A DNA stretch of 64,000 bases from the NCBI GenBank assembly GCA_030424845.1, contig JAUHWC010000003.1, positions 193,034 to 257,033 on the forward strand. The letters run 5' to 3'. Source of the stretch: Alphaproteobacteria bacterium. GTDB taxonomy: Bacteria; Pseudomonadota; Alphaproteobacteria; Sphingomonadales; Sphingomonadaceae. The notes beneath the pieces were generated by a model that worked only from the letters and a program-made list of their open reading frames with translations, was not told the origin of the DNA and did not search any database. Both the position numbers and the translations under genes were made by a program. Positions 28,225 through 38,026 of this stretch are shown piece by piece (the first letter of the stretch is position 1; each line of letters starts with the position of its first letter).

Positions 28225-29379
28225 ATGGATATGACGCCCGCCGATTTCAGCCCCGCACGCACAATTGCTCCCGCCCATGCACCGGCAGAGCTGGAGCTGG
28301 CCGTCGTGCTGCCCACCCTGAACGAGAAGGGCAATATCGCCCCGATGGTGAAGCGGCTGGAGGATGCGCTTGGTCCCACCGGCTGGGAAGCGGTGTTCGT
28401 CGATGACAATTCGCACGATGGCACCGCCGAAGAGGCGCGCCGCTTTGCCCGCACCGATGCCCGCATCCGCGTGATCCAGCGTATCGGCAGGCGGGGGCTG
28501 GCCAGTGCTGCAATCGAAGGCATGTGCGCTACCTCCGCGCCCTTTGTCGCGGTGATGGATGCTGACCACCAGCACGATCCCGCGTTGTTGCTTCCCATGC
28601 TCGACGCAGTGAAGTCGGGCGAGGCCGACCTTGCCTATGCCAGCCGCTTTGCCGAAGGCGGCAGTGCAGACGGGCTTTCCAGCAAGGGCCGCGAAAAGGG
28701 ATCGCGCATCGCCAACATGCTGGCCTGCAAGTTGACCGGAACCGAACTGTCCGATGCCATGAGCGGCTATTTCCTGCTGCGCACGGAGCAACTTCGCAAG
28801 CAGGCGCCGGACCTGTCCGGCATCGGCTTCAAGATCATGCTGGATATCCTCGCGACCGCCAAACCGCAGCTACGGGTAAAGGAATTCCCCCTGAAATTCG
28901 CAGAACGCCTCGAAGGTGAAAGCAAGCTCGATCACGGCGTGGTGCTGGATTTCCTCGCCGGGCTTTACGAACGCTACCTCGGCCAGGTGATCCCCACGCG
29001 CTTTGCGTTGTTTGGCACGGTCGGCGGCCTGGGCGTGTTCGTCCACATGGCGGTGCTGGCGCTGATGTTCCGTACGGGCCTTACCAGTTTCCCGGTGGGC
29101 ACGGCGATTGCCACGGTTTCGGCCATGACCTTCAACTTCTGGCTCAACAACCTGTTCACCTATCGCGACAACAAGCTGTCCGGCGCGAACGAGATGTTCT
29201 TCGGCTGGATCAAGTTCTGCACGGCTTGCGCGGTAGGCGCATTTGCCAATGTCGCTGCCTCCTCGTTGCTGGAAGCCAACGGCTTCCGCTGGTGGATCGC
29301 CGCGCTGGTGGGCGTGGTGCTGGCATCGGTGTGGAACTACGCGCTTTCCAGCAAGTTCGTGTGGGGCCGTTTCCGCTAG
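28225..29379 (+). CDS. GT2 polyprenol-phosphate glycosyltransferase (DPM1/Ppm1-like) fused to a C-terminal GtrA-like membrane domain
   Basis: VVLPTLNEKGNI, FVDDNSHDGT and VMDADHQHDP (the DxD region), then four TM helices with the GtrA-type ending NYALSSKFVW. Confidence 0.8.
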   Translation: MDMTPADFSPARTIAPAHAPAELELAVVLPTLNEKGNIAPMVKRLEDALGPTGWEAVFVDDNSHDGTAEEARRFARTDARIRVIQRIGRRGLASAAIEGMCATSAPFVAVMDADHQHDPALLLPMLDAVKSGEADLAYASRFAEGGSADGLSSKGREKGSRIANMLACKLTGTELSDAMSGYFLLRTEQLRKQAPDLSGIGFKIMLDILATAKPQLRVKEFPLKFAERLEGESKLDHGVVLDFLAGLYERYLGQVIPTRFALFGTVGGLGVFVHMAVLALMFRTGLTSFPVGTAIATVSAMTFNFWLNNLFTYRDNKLSGANEMFFGWIKFCTACAVGAFANVAASSLLEANGFRWWIAALVGVVLASVWNYALSSKFVWGRFR

Positions 29380-29391
29380 GCGCAAGAGCCC

Positions 29392-30690
29392 CTACTGCCA
29401 GCCCTTGATCCACGCATAGTCGAGGAAGGACATCTCCCCTTCCAGCCTGGCGGCGGTGAGTATGGGGTAGAACCACACAAACAGGGCGAGCGTCCCCAGC
29501 ACGATCGCAAGGGTGAGCAGCCGCCTCTTGCTTTGCCAGAACATGCCTTCGCCCGATCGCCACATCTCGCCGCAGGCCAATGCCAATGCGCCCATCGCGA
29601 AGCAGTGGGGCAGCATGAAGTGGTAATAGAACTGCACCGGCTTGGGCGCGATGATCCAGAAACCGAGGCTGACGGCAAAAAGGATGAACACCGCCGCACA
29701 ATCGCGCCGTTTCTCGCTCCAGCCCTTCCATGCGCACCAGCCGAGCGCGGGCAAGGCAGCAAGCGATGACAGCGGGTTGCCGATCAGCAGCACCCCGCGC
29801 TGGGCGCCGTCTGCCTGCTCGTAGAGATACCAGATGCCGCGCAAGTTGGTGAGCCATTCCCACCAGCGGCTCTGGTAGGGATGCGGCTTCAGGGTCTGCT
29901 GCTGCAAATCGAGCATGTAGGCGTGCAGGCTGACAAGCCCGGTGGGGTTGCCCGGCACCTGCGGGTAATAGAGGAACGGCCAGTAGGTGAGGGCATAGGT
30001 GGCAAGCGGCAGCAGGCCCAGCCAGATGCCGGCCTCCCACAAGGTCATCCCGCCGATGGGCCAGCCGCGATTGGTGGTGAGGAACTGGCCCCTGGCTTGC
30101 CAGGCCCTTGCAATCAGGAAGGCAAGGCCCGGCAGCACGGCAAGCGGGATCGCGTTCCACTTGCAGGCCATGCTCGCCCCCAGCGCGATACCAGCGATGA
30201 TCAGCGGCCTGCGTGCCTGTTCGGGCCGCCGCACGGCCACGGCGCACATCCACAGGGCCAGCATCATGAAGGCTCCCATGAAGATGTCGAGCATGGCGAT
30301 TCGCGCCTGCACCAGCAGCGGAAAGCCGCTCAAGAGCAGGATGCCTGCCAAGATGCTCGCCCCCCTGCTGCGCGAGACGAACCAGAGCGCCCGCATGCCC
30401 GCGAACACCGTCAGGATGCCGGCGACCATCGACGGCACGCGCCAGCCGATGGAATTGTCCCCGAAGGCGAGCACGCCCAACGCGATCAGCTGCTTGCCCA
30501 GTGGCGGGTGTTCCATGTTCTGCGCGGTTCCCAGCTCGATCAGCGACCGGACGGCGGGCAGGTAGTGCACCTCGTCAAAGAACAGCGCGCTCGGAATGGG
30601 CAGGCGGGTCGCGCACAGCACCGCGAAAATCGCGGCGATGGCGAGGTGCCATCGGATCGGGTCGGCGGGATGGTATGGCGCGTCTTGCAT
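29392..30690 (-). CDS. GT39/PMT-family phospholipid-carrier-dependent glycosyltransferase
   Basis: 432 aa polytopic protein. The first loop carries FFDEVHYLPA ... NMEHPPLGKQLIALG, the hallmark of protein O-mannosyltransferase-like enzymes. Confidence 0.8.
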   Translation of the reverse strand: MQDAPYHPADPIRWHLAIAAIFAVLCATRLPIPSALFFDEVHYLPAVRSLIELGTAQNMEHPPLGKQLIALGVLAFGDNSIGWRVPSMVAGILTVFAGMRALWFVSRSRGASILAGILLLSGFPLLVQARIAMLDIFMGAFMMLALWMCAVAVRRPEQARRPLIIAGIALGASMACKWNAIPLAVLPGLAFLIARAWQARGQFLTTNRGWPIGGMTLWEAGIWLGLLPLATYALTYWPFLYYPQVPGNPTGLVSLHAYMLDLQQQTLKPHPYQSRWWEWLTNLRGIWYLYEQADGAQRGVLLIGNPLSSLAALPALGWCAWKGWSEKRRDCAAVFILFAVSLGFWIIAPKPVQFYYHFMLPHCFAMGALALACGEMWRSGEGMFWQSKRRLLTLAIVLGTLALFVWFYPILTAARLEGEMSFLDYAWIKGWQ

Positions 30691-30778
30691 GCGCCATCCG
30701 GCTTAGGCAGGCCCGACCATGCTGGCAACTAGCAACCACGCTTGCCCAGTGCCGCGCCCGGGCCTATGCGCTTGCCCC

Positions 30779-31987
30779 ATGAAGAAAAGCACCGGACAAG
30801 ACCGTTCCATCACCCGCAAGTGGCGCCCGGCGACGCAGGCCGTGCGCGCGGGCACGAACCGCAGCCAGTTTGGCGAGACGAGCGAGGCGCTCTTCCTCAC
30901 CAGCGGCTATACCTATGACAATGCGCAGGAAGTGGCGGACCGCTTTGCCGGCGAGGCGAAGGGCATGCAGTATTCGCGCTTCCAGAACCCCACCGTGGCG
31001 ATGCTGGAGGAACGGATCGCCGCTATGGAAGGCGCCGAGGCATGCAAGGTCCAGGCATCGGGCATGGCCGCGATGACGAGCGCGCTGTTGTGCATGCTTT
31101 CTGCCGGCGATCACGTGGTGGCAGGCCGTGCGGCCTTCGGCTCGTGCCGCTGGATCCTCGCCAACGTGCTCAACCGTTTCGGCATCACCCATACCGTGGT
31201 GGACGGGCGCGACAATGCCGCCTGGGAAGCCGCGGTGCAGGACAATACCAAGGCGTTCTTCTTCGAAACGCCGGCCAACCCCACGCTCGACGTGGTGGAT
31301 CTCGAATTCGTCTGCGGCCTGGCGCGGTCAAAGGGCATCACCACCATCGTCGACAACGCCTTTGCCACCGCCGCATTGCAGCGCCCGCTGGAATATGGCG
31401 CGGACGTGGTCGCCTATTCCGCCACCAAGCTGATGGACGGTCAGGGCCGCGTGCTGTGCGGCGCGCTGTGCGGCAGCGAGCAGTGGGTGGAGGAATATCT
31501 CTCGCCCTTCCAGCGCAACACCGGCCCGGTGTGTTCGCCCTTCAGCGCATGGGTGGTGATGAAGGGCCTCGAAACGCTCAACCTGCGCGCCTTCAAGCAG
31601 AGCGAGAACGCGCTCGAAGTGGGCAAGTATGTCGCCAGCCGCGTGGACGAGGTGCTGCATCCCGGCCTCCCCAGCTTCAGCCAGCACGAGCTGGCGATGA
31701 AGCAGATGGATGCCTGCGGGCCGATCTTCAGCTTCGTGGTCCCTGGTGGTCGCGAAAAGGCCTTCGCCGTGCTCGACGCGCTCGAACTGGTCGATATTTC
31801 CAACAATATCGGCGATGCGAAGTCACTCGCTTGCCACCCGGCCAGTACCACCCACAACAACATGGGGCCCGAAGGCCGCGCCGAAATGGGCGTGGGCGAA
31901 GGGATGATCCGCATCAACGTGGGACTTGAAGACCCGGCAGACGTTATCGAGGACCTGGCCCAGGCCTTCGACCGGGCCGGAATCTGA
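30779..31987 (+). CDS. metZ: O-succinylhomoserine sulfhydrylase (Cys/Met-metabolism PLP enzyme)
   Basis: 402 aa from ATG 30779. RPATQAVRAGTNRSQFGETSEALFLTSGYTY, and SATKLMDGQGR (the PLP lysine). Confidence 0.85.
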   Translation: MKKSTGQDRSITRKWRPATQAVRAGTNRSQFGETSEALFLTSGYTYDNAQEVADRFAGEAKGMQYSRFQNPTVAMLEERIAAMEGAEACKVQASGMAAMTSALLCMLSAGDHVVAGRAAFGSCRWILANVLNRFGITHTVVDGRDNAAWEAAVQDNTKAFFFETPANPTLDVVDLEFVCGLARSKGITTIVDNAFATAALQRPLEYGADVVAYSATKLMDGQGRVLCGALCGSEQWVEEYLSPFQRNTGPVCSPFSAWVVMKGLETLNLRAFKQSENALEVGKYVASRVDEVLHPGLPSFSQHELAMKQMDACGPIFSFVVPGGREKAFAVLDALELVDISNNIGDAKSLACHPASTTHNNMGPEGRAEMGVGEGMIRINVGLEDPADVIEDLAQAFDRAGI

Positions 31988-31996
31988 CCGCCACGT

Positions 31997-32050
31997 GATT
32001 TCCCGCTCGCGCGAAAGCGCGTGGAGCAAGCACGACACAAGCGGGAAATC
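31997..32050. repeat. Nested inverted repeat (11-bp arms GATTTCCCGCT / AGCGGGAAATC around a CGCGC-GAAA-GCGCG hairpin)
   Basis: Hand-read, immediately downstream of metZ. No T tract follows, so its role as a terminator is uncertain. Confidence 0.4.
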
Positions 32051-32110
32051 GCATACCCCGGACATTAGGCCCCTTGTGGCGGGGCCGAAACCCGTTACGC
32101 TCGCGACTCG

Positions 32111-32521
32111 ATGATGATCCAGGATGCCATGAACGCGCTGTTCCAGCATGTCGCCATCACGGCGGGCGTGACCGTGCGCGTGTCGGTCAACTTCATGCCT
32201 GAACAGTCACGCGTGGAAGCCGGGCGCTGGTTCTGGGTCTATCACATCCGCCTTGAGAACGGCCGGGATGACACGGTGCAGCTGCGCACCCGCCACTGGC
32301 GCATCACCGATTCGCGCGGGATGGTGAACATCGTCGATGGCGAAGGCGTGGTTGGCGAAACGCCGGTGCTCAAGCCCGGGCAGACGCATGATTACGTTTC
32401 GGGTTGCGAGCTGGCCACCTCAAACGGCGCGATGGAGGGGCATTACATCTTCTCCACCCAGGACGGAACGCTGTTCGAAGTGGCGATCCCCTATTTCCCC
32501 CTGGCTGCCCCCAGGGACTGA
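32111..32521 (+). CDS. apaG: ApaG (DUF525) protein
   Basis: 136 aa. WFWVYHIRLENGRDDTVQLRTRHWRITDSRGMVNIVDGEGVVGETPVLKPGQTHDYVSGC. Confidence 0.88.
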   Translation: MMIQDAMNALFQHVAITAGVTVRVSVNFMPEQSRVEAGRWFWVYHIRLENGRDDTVQLRTRHWRITDSRGMVNIVDGEGVVGETPVLKPGQTHDYVSGCELATSNGAMEGHYIFSTQDGTLFEVAIPYFPLAAPRD

Positions 32522-32536
32522 CCAGCCTTCAATCCG

Positions 32537-35155
32537 TCACCTGATCCGCGCCGGGGCCACAAGCACCGCGTTGGCCAGCAACAGGTCGAGCCCGTCCAGA
32601 TAGCCGCGTACCGTGGGGTCATGGGTGAAGCCGATGGCCAAGCCGCCTTCCACCGGCTGGGCGACCATGAACGGCTTGAAGGCCATCTGCCGGCGGTTCT
32701 CGTCCCACATGTATCCGCTCGCCAGCAGGCTGTCGGCATCGGCAAAGCGCACCACATTCATACCCTCGGCGCGGCCGAGCGGGGCGAACACCAGGTCTCC
32801 GGCAGCGAACACCACCGGCGCGGCATCGTCATAGCCGGCGGACAGGAAGACATTCTCGTCCACGGCGGTGTTGAGCAGTGCGCCAGGCAGTGTGTCGGGG
32901 CGGCGGGTGTTGTCGGCAATGGCAGCGCGATAGGCATCGGCATCGGCGATGGCCTGCCCGGCCACAACGCTCTTGCGTTCATCATCATCCGACCCAGGTT
33001 CTCCGCCCAGCACGGTTTCGCGCGCCAGGGTGAACAGCGCATCATCGCCTGACGTGAAGCCGGTGATGGCTTCGCCCATCATCACGACCACGCCGCCGCC
33101 TCGTGCATAATTGGCAATCGCGGCGGTTCCGGCGGACCCGAGTTCGCCGGCGTAGCTGCCTTCGGGGACCAGCAGCACCTGGTATCGCGACAGGTCGGCA
33201 CTGGCGATCGTGCCGGTACGGATCGGGGCCACGGGAATGCCCAGCCGCTGTTCCAGCGTGTAGCGCAGCGATCCGGCAGCGGTGGGGGTGGCTCCGTCAT
33301 CCCACAGCATGGCGACACGCGGCATGGCAAGGCGGACAAACTTGTCGCTCCCAAGGTTCGGCCCTCGGTCGACCCAGCCGCTTTCCAGCGCCACGGTTTC
33401 CGCGCCAAGGCTGCGGGCATGGGCGGCGAGCGCTTCGAGCCCTTCGGGATTGTCCGCGCGCGAGAACACCACGGTTCCGCGCGGGAATTCCTGCCCGCCG
33501 GTGGTGAAGGCGGTATCGGTGGAACGGCCGGTGAACCCTTCGCGCAAGGCATCGGCCACCAGGCGGACCTGCCCGCTGTCGGTCCAGCGCACGGCAAGGC
33601 CGAAGGCACCCGGATCCTGCGCGCGCGAGGGCAGGGGGGCTTCCGCGGTAATTGCGGTGCCGGTCGCAGCTGATGCGCACAGGCTGACATCAAGGCCCGA
33701 CATCAGGCCCACGGACCATGCCGTTGTGTCATACAGCTCATGCGGCAGGTCTGCATTGCGGCGCGCTTCCTGCGCGGCCACGAAGTCTGCCGGAAGCTCG
33801 GTATTGATGTCCAGCAGGCTGCGGATCAGGCGCGCGGCCGGCTGGCTGCGCGAAACCGCCAGATAGCCTTGCGGATAGGGACGTCCGCAAGCATTGGCCG
33901 GGCCTTCCACGCGGCTCACGACAATGGCCTGGAAGGCAAGGCGGCGGGCGAGCTGTTCGGCGTTCCAGCGGCGCTGGCCAAGGTCGATCACGTAAGTTCC
34001 GCTGCCGGCCTGGCCTGCTGCGGCAGAGCGGCGGTAGGCGGCGTAGTCGCCAAGGAATAGGTCAGCGTTTTCCGCCACTGTCTGCGCCGTCGCCAGCGTG
34101 GTGAGGAAGTGGTTGCGCACGCCGTCTGCATAGGCGTTCAACGTGCCATCGGGGCGTTCCCAGACATCGCCGCGCGCGCTCCCCTGCTCGAAGGTCATGG
34201 CGATGGAGCCGTTGAGGGTGGGCCAGGTGTCGCCATATCCCGGGTAGAAGGCATCGAAGACCTCGCGCGTGAAATAAGGTTGGCCTGCGCGGTCCATCCA
34301 GGCAGCAATATTACGGCCCAGCAGCACCTGCTTCTGGCGCTGGCCAGTGGTGATGTGGGGATTGAAGGGATCGGCAGACGGCGGGAAGAAATAGGTTTCG
34401 TCCCCGCCCATCTCGTGTGCATCGACCAGCACCACCGGCTGCCAGGCCTGCACTGCGGCAACCTTGCCGCGGGTTTCGGGCTGGGTCAGGGCAAACCAGT
34501 CACGGTTCAGGTCGAACAGGTAGTGGTTGAAGCGCCCGCCCGGCCACGGCTGGTCAGGCCCCGCGGTATAGCGATCGGCAAAGGGCGTGATGCCCAGCGT
34601 CTGGCGATAGCCGTGCACGAAGCGCGCCCGGCCATCGGGGTTCTGGCTGGGGTCGATGATCACCACGGAATTGGCCATGATCCGATCCACCAGCGGGTCC
34701 CCCTCGCTCGCCAGCAGGTGATAGGCCAGCACCAGGGCGGCATCGGTGGAGGAAATCTCGTCCCCGTGCACGCCATAGGAAAGCCATGTCACCGGCAGGA
34801 TATTGGCCAGCTGGCCCGGCGCCGTGCCATTGGCCAGCTGTTGCAGGTCTGCCTGCACGGCCTCGATCCGCGCCATGTTCTGCGCGCTTGTCACCACCGC
34901 GTAGACCAGCGGGCGGCCTTCCCAGCTGGTCGCATATTCCACCAGGCGGAAGCGGTCCGGAGCCGCTTCGACCAGCGCCTCGAAATAGGACAGCGCCTGT
35001 TCGGGCGAGCTGATGCGGGTCCCCGAAGCATGGCCTACGACCTGCTCCAGCGTCGGGATATCCTGGCTGAAAGTGCCTTCCAGCATGCTCTGCGCGCGGG
35101 CAGGAGCAACAAGGACCACGGCAGACAGGAGCAAGGCGGCAAGAAGGCGGATCAT
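32537..35155 (-). CDS. Secreted M14-family zinc carboxypeptidase domain protein with a large C-terminal extension
   Basis: 872 aa with a signal peptide. VHGDEISS (HxxE zinc site), NPDGR, and DAHEMGGDETYFFPP. Confidence 0.8.
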   Translation of the reverse strand: MIRLLAALLLSAVVLVAPARAQSMLEGTFSQDIPTLEQVVGHASGTRISSPEQALSYFEALVEAAPDRFRLVEYATSWEGRPLVYAVVTSAQNMARIEAVQADLQQLANGTAPGQLANILPVTWLSYGVHGDEISSTDAALVLAYHLLASEGDPLVDRIMANSVVIIDPSQNPDGRARFVHGYRQTLGITPFADRYTAGPDQPWPGGRFNHYLFDLNRDWFALTQPETRGKVAAVQAWQPVVLVDAHEMGGDETYFFPPSADPFNPHITTGQRQKQVLLGRNIAAWMDRAGQPYFTREVFDAFYPGYGDTWPTLNGSIAMTFEQGSARGDVWERPDGTLNAYADGVRNHFLTTLATAQTVAENADLFLGDYAAYRRSAAAGQAGSGTYVIDLGQRRWNAEQLARRLAFQAIVVSRVEGPANACGRPYPQGYLAVSRSQPAARLIRSLLDINTELPADFVAAQEARRNADLPHELYDTTAWSVGLMSGLDVSLCASAATGTAITAEAPLPSRAQDPGAFGLAVRWTDSGQVRLVADALREGFTGRSTDTAFTTGGQEFPRGTVVFSRADNPEGLEALAAHARSLGAETVALESGWVDRGPNLGSDKFVRLAMPRVAMLWDDGATPTAAGSLRYTLEQRLGIPVAPIRTGTIASADLSRYQVLLVPEGSYAGELGSAGTAAIANYARGGGVVVMMGEAITGFTSGDDALFTLARETVLGGEPGSDDDERKSVVAGQAIADADAYRAAIADNTRRPDTLPGALLNTAVDENVFLSAGYDDAAPVVFAAGDLVFAPLGRAEGMNVVRFADADSLLASGYMWDENRRQMAFKPFMVAQPVEGGLAIGFTHDPTVRGYLDGLDLLLANAVLVAPARIR

Positions 35156-35287
35156 TCAACGGGCTCCGGTGGAGGAAAAAGGGGCACTGGGTTGCTCCTG
35201 TAGTTTCATTTGCAATGGGTCAAGGCCCCAATTCGCTGCCAGCGCGCTTGCTAGCGCCGCGATGGCGCATTACAGCGCGGCGCAGCC

Positions 35288-36076
35288 ATGAAGCGCACCC
35301 ATCTGCCCCTTAACGCCTTGCGCGTGTTCGATGCCGCCGCCCGGCACCTGTCGTTCACGCGTGCGGCAGACGAGCTGGCAGTGACGCCGGCCGCCGTGGG
35401 CCAGCAGATCCGCGCGCTGGAAGACGTGCTGGGCGTGGTGCTGTTCCGGCGCACTTCCAAGGGGCTGGAACTGACGGACGAGGCGGTATCCGGCCTTGAT
35501 CCGCTGCGCGAAGGCTTCCTGCGATTCGAGGAAAGCGTGCATGCCATGCAGTCGGGCCAGTCGAGTTCGAACTACACCATCGCGGTGCCGCGTGAATTCT
35601 ATGCCCAGTGGCTGGCTCCGCGCCTTGCCAGCTTCCGAGCGGCAAATCCCGAAGTGCGCTACCAGCTGATCGCTGACGAGGATGCCGACTTTACCGAGGC
35701 CAACCTCGACGTGGCGATCCGCCTTGTCGAAGGACCGGGGGAACTGGAAGGCGCACAGCTGGCACCCGGTTGCCGGGTCACGGTGGCAGCACCGGGTGCA
35801 GCCGATGGCTGGATCAGTTGGCCGGCCTTTCCTGCCCCTGACGGCGAGGAAGTGTTGTTGCAGGTGGGCAATGCCGGGCAGGCGCTGTCCTCCGCGCTGG
35901 CCGGCCTGGGCCGCGCCACCATGCCTTTCCCGCTGGTGGAGGAAGCCCTTGAGGACGGCCGGCTCGTCAAGCTGGCAGAGGAAGAGGATTGCCGCCGGGC
36001 CTACTGGCTCGTCGCCCCGCGCCCGCAATGGCGCCAGAAAAAGGTAAAGGCGCTGGTGGAGCACCTCGCGTCCTGA
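35288..36076 (+). CDS. LysR family transcriptional regulator (short, GcvA-like)
   Basis: LNALRVFDAAARHLSFTRAADELAVTPAAVGQQIRALEDVLG. Confidence 0.85.
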   Translation: MKRTHLPLNALRVFDAAARHLSFTRAADELAVTPAAVGQQIRALEDVLGVVLFRRTSKGLELTDEAVSGLDPLREGFLRFEESVHAMQSGQSSSNYTIAVPREFYAQWLAPRLASFRAANPEVRYQLIADEDADFTEANLDVAIRLVEGPGELEGAQLAPGCRVTVAAPGAADGWISWPAFPAPDGEEVLLQVGNAGQALSSALAGLGRATMPFPLVEEALEDGRLVKLAEEEDCRRAYWLVAPRPQWRQKKVKALVEHLAS

Positions 36077-36119
36077 TCCTTTCCTTTGCGGCAAGCGGCG
36101 GGCCTTCTATCCCTTGGTG

Positions 36120-36644
36120 ATGTCCGAAATACCCGTCCTGACCACACAGCGTTTCACCCTGCGCCCCTTGCAGCAGGGGGATGAACACGCGCTGTTCGCC
36201 GCGATGAGCGATCCCGCCCTGATGCGCTACTGGAGCCGCGGGCCTTTCAACGACATCGAGGAATTCCGGGCCTATCTTTTCGACCGCGATTGGGATGGGC
36301 GGACGTGGATCGCCGTGCCCCACGCAGGCGGCGATCCGGTGTGCCGCGTTGTAGCCTCGGCCAAGGGCAAGCAGGTGTGCGAGATCGGCTACAATGTCGT
36401 GCCCGGAAACGAGCGGCAGGGTGTGACCCGCGAATGCCTTTGCGCCCTGGTCACCCACCTGTTCAGGGGTGAAGGCGTGCACCGGATATTTGCTGATGTC
36501 GATCCGCGCAACATCGCCTCCAACCGCCTGCTGCAATCGCTCGGCTTCACCCGCGAAGCGCACCTGCGCGAGGCGATGAAGACCCATATCGGCTGGTGCG
36601 ACACCTGGTTGTGGGGCCTGCTGCAGGATGAATGGCCCGCCTAG
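36120..36644 (+). CDS. GNAT family N-acetyltransferase (RimJ/RimL-like)
   Basis: TQRFTLRPLQQGDEHALFAAMSDPALMRYW ... QGVTRECL ... IFADVDPRNIASNRLLQSLGF. I chose ATG 36120; the track starts at TTG 36114. Confidence 0.8.
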   Translation: MSEIPVLTTQRFTLRPLQQGDEHALFAAMSDPALMRYWSRGPFNDIEEFRAYLFDRDWDGRTWIAVPHAGGDPVCRVVASAKGKQVCEIGYNVVPGNERQGVTRECLCALVTHLFRGEGVHRIFADVDPRNIASNRLLQSLGFTREAHLREAMKTHIGWCDTWLWGLLQDEWPA

Positions 36645-36726
36645 CACCGATTAATCTTTGACCTGCTAGGCCAAATATGGTGCCTGTGGGAACGGCCTGC
36701 GGGCAAGAATACAAGAGGGGCTCATC

Positions 36727-37908
36727 ATGACACTGCCATTCGGCAAAACCGCACTCCTTGCAGGGGCTGCGGCCCTGCTTGCGCCGGTGTGCGTTTCCGC
36801 ACAGGATTACCGGGACCTGACAGCCGAAAGCAGCGATGTGCTGATCTTCGAGGGCGAAGTGAGCGAGGCGCCGGTGGTCTTCCGCTATACCATGGCCCCT
36901 TCCACCTCGTTGCAGATCGACGTGATCCCCACCGAAGAAAGCGAGCTGGATCCCATCCTGACCGTAACCGATGTTGCCACCGGAGAGGTGCTGGCGGAAG
37001 ACGATGACGGGGGTGGCGGGCTGGCTTCGCGCGCACGCATCTACGCCGAGGAAGGGCGTGAGGTGGAGATCACCGTTTCTGCCTATGCGTTCTTTTCCGG
37101 CGAGGAGAGCTCCGGACCGTTCGAGCTGGTCCTGCGGCCCGGTACGAACGAACCGCAAGACCTGACGGCGGTAGAGTTCGGCGGTGTCAGCGAGGGTGAC
37201 CTCGGTCCCGGCGGCGTCCATCTCTACACCCTGTCCGGACAGGAGGGCGAGATGCTGCAAGTGGCGATGATCGCCGGCAGCGACGATCTCGATCCCTTGC
37301 TCACGCTTTACCGGGGCGAGGGGACCAACGGCGAGGAACTGGCCAGCGATGACGACGGCGGCGATGGCCTCAATTCGCTGCTGCGTTTCGTCCTGCCGGA
37401 AACGGGCAGCTATACGATCGCCGCCCAGGCCTATGGCGGCAGCGCCGGCGATTACACCTTGCGCGTGGCCCCGCAGCGCAGCCACACGATCCAGTCCCCG
37501 CAGCAGGTGATCTCGCTGGATGAACGCGTATCCGGCTATCTTGGAACGGGTTATGAAAACGGCGGCCTCGATCCCTCCGAAATCACCTATCAGCTGACGC
37601 CGGAGGCGATTGCGGCGATCCGCGAGGGGCGCGGCGAAGTGACCATCAACATGACCACGCCGCTGTTCGAGGATGAATATTTCCCGAGCTCCATCGATGC
37701 CTTTGTCGAACTGGGGTTCGAAACCCCGCTGGGCTTTGCCGGCATGCTGAGCGACGATGATGGCGGCGACGGGCTGAACGCGCGGCTGGTGATCGACCTG
37801 TCACCCATCGCCAACGACGGGGACTGGCTGGAGCGCCTGCGCATCCGGGCCACGTCGATCGGCAATGCCGGGGCATTCGAGATCGAGCTTGTCGAGGGAG
37901 GACAATAG
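36727..37908 (+). CDS. Secreted protein with three pre-peptidase C-terminal (PPC)-like repeats
   Basis: Signal peptide, then three roughly 100-aa units. Each unit has DP(I/L)LT(V/L)... then (S)DDDGG(D/G)GL, and ends with a Y/F-x-(L/I)-x-(L/V) strand. Confidence 0.6.
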   Translation: MTLPFGKTALLAGAAALLAPVCVSAQDYRDLTAESSDVLIFEGEVSEAPVVFRYTMAPSTSLQIDVIPTEESELDPILTVTDVATGEVLAEDDDGGGGLASRARIYAEEGREVEITVSAYAFFSGEESSGPFELVLRPGTNEPQDLTAVEFGGVSEGDLGPGGVHLYTLSGQEGEMLQVAMIAGSDDLDPLLTLYRGEGTNGEELASDDDGGDGLNSLLRFVLPETGSYTIAAQAYGGSAGDYTLRVAPQRSHTIQSPQQVISLDERVSGYLGTGYENGGLDPSEITYQLTPEAIAAIREGRGEVTINMTTPLFEDEYFPSSIDAFVELGFETPLGFAGMLSDDDGGDGLNARLVIDLSPIANDGDWLERLRIRATSIGNAGAFEIELVEGGQ

Positions 37909-37947
37909 GCGCCTTGCCCAAGCTGCCTTGACGATGCAGATGAAAGA

Positions 37948-37980
37948 ACCCCCCGGAGCCCGCTCCGGGGGTCTTTGTCT
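37948..37980. terminator. Bidirectional intrinsic terminator between convergent genes
   Basis: GAAAGA-ACCCCCCGGAG-CCCG-CTCCGGGGGT-CTTTGTCT. It is A-rich upstream and T-rich downstream. Confidence 0.75.
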
Positions 37981-38026
37981 GGAGTGCTGTCAGCCCAGGG
38001 CCGCCAGCTGTCCTTCGTGACGGGGA

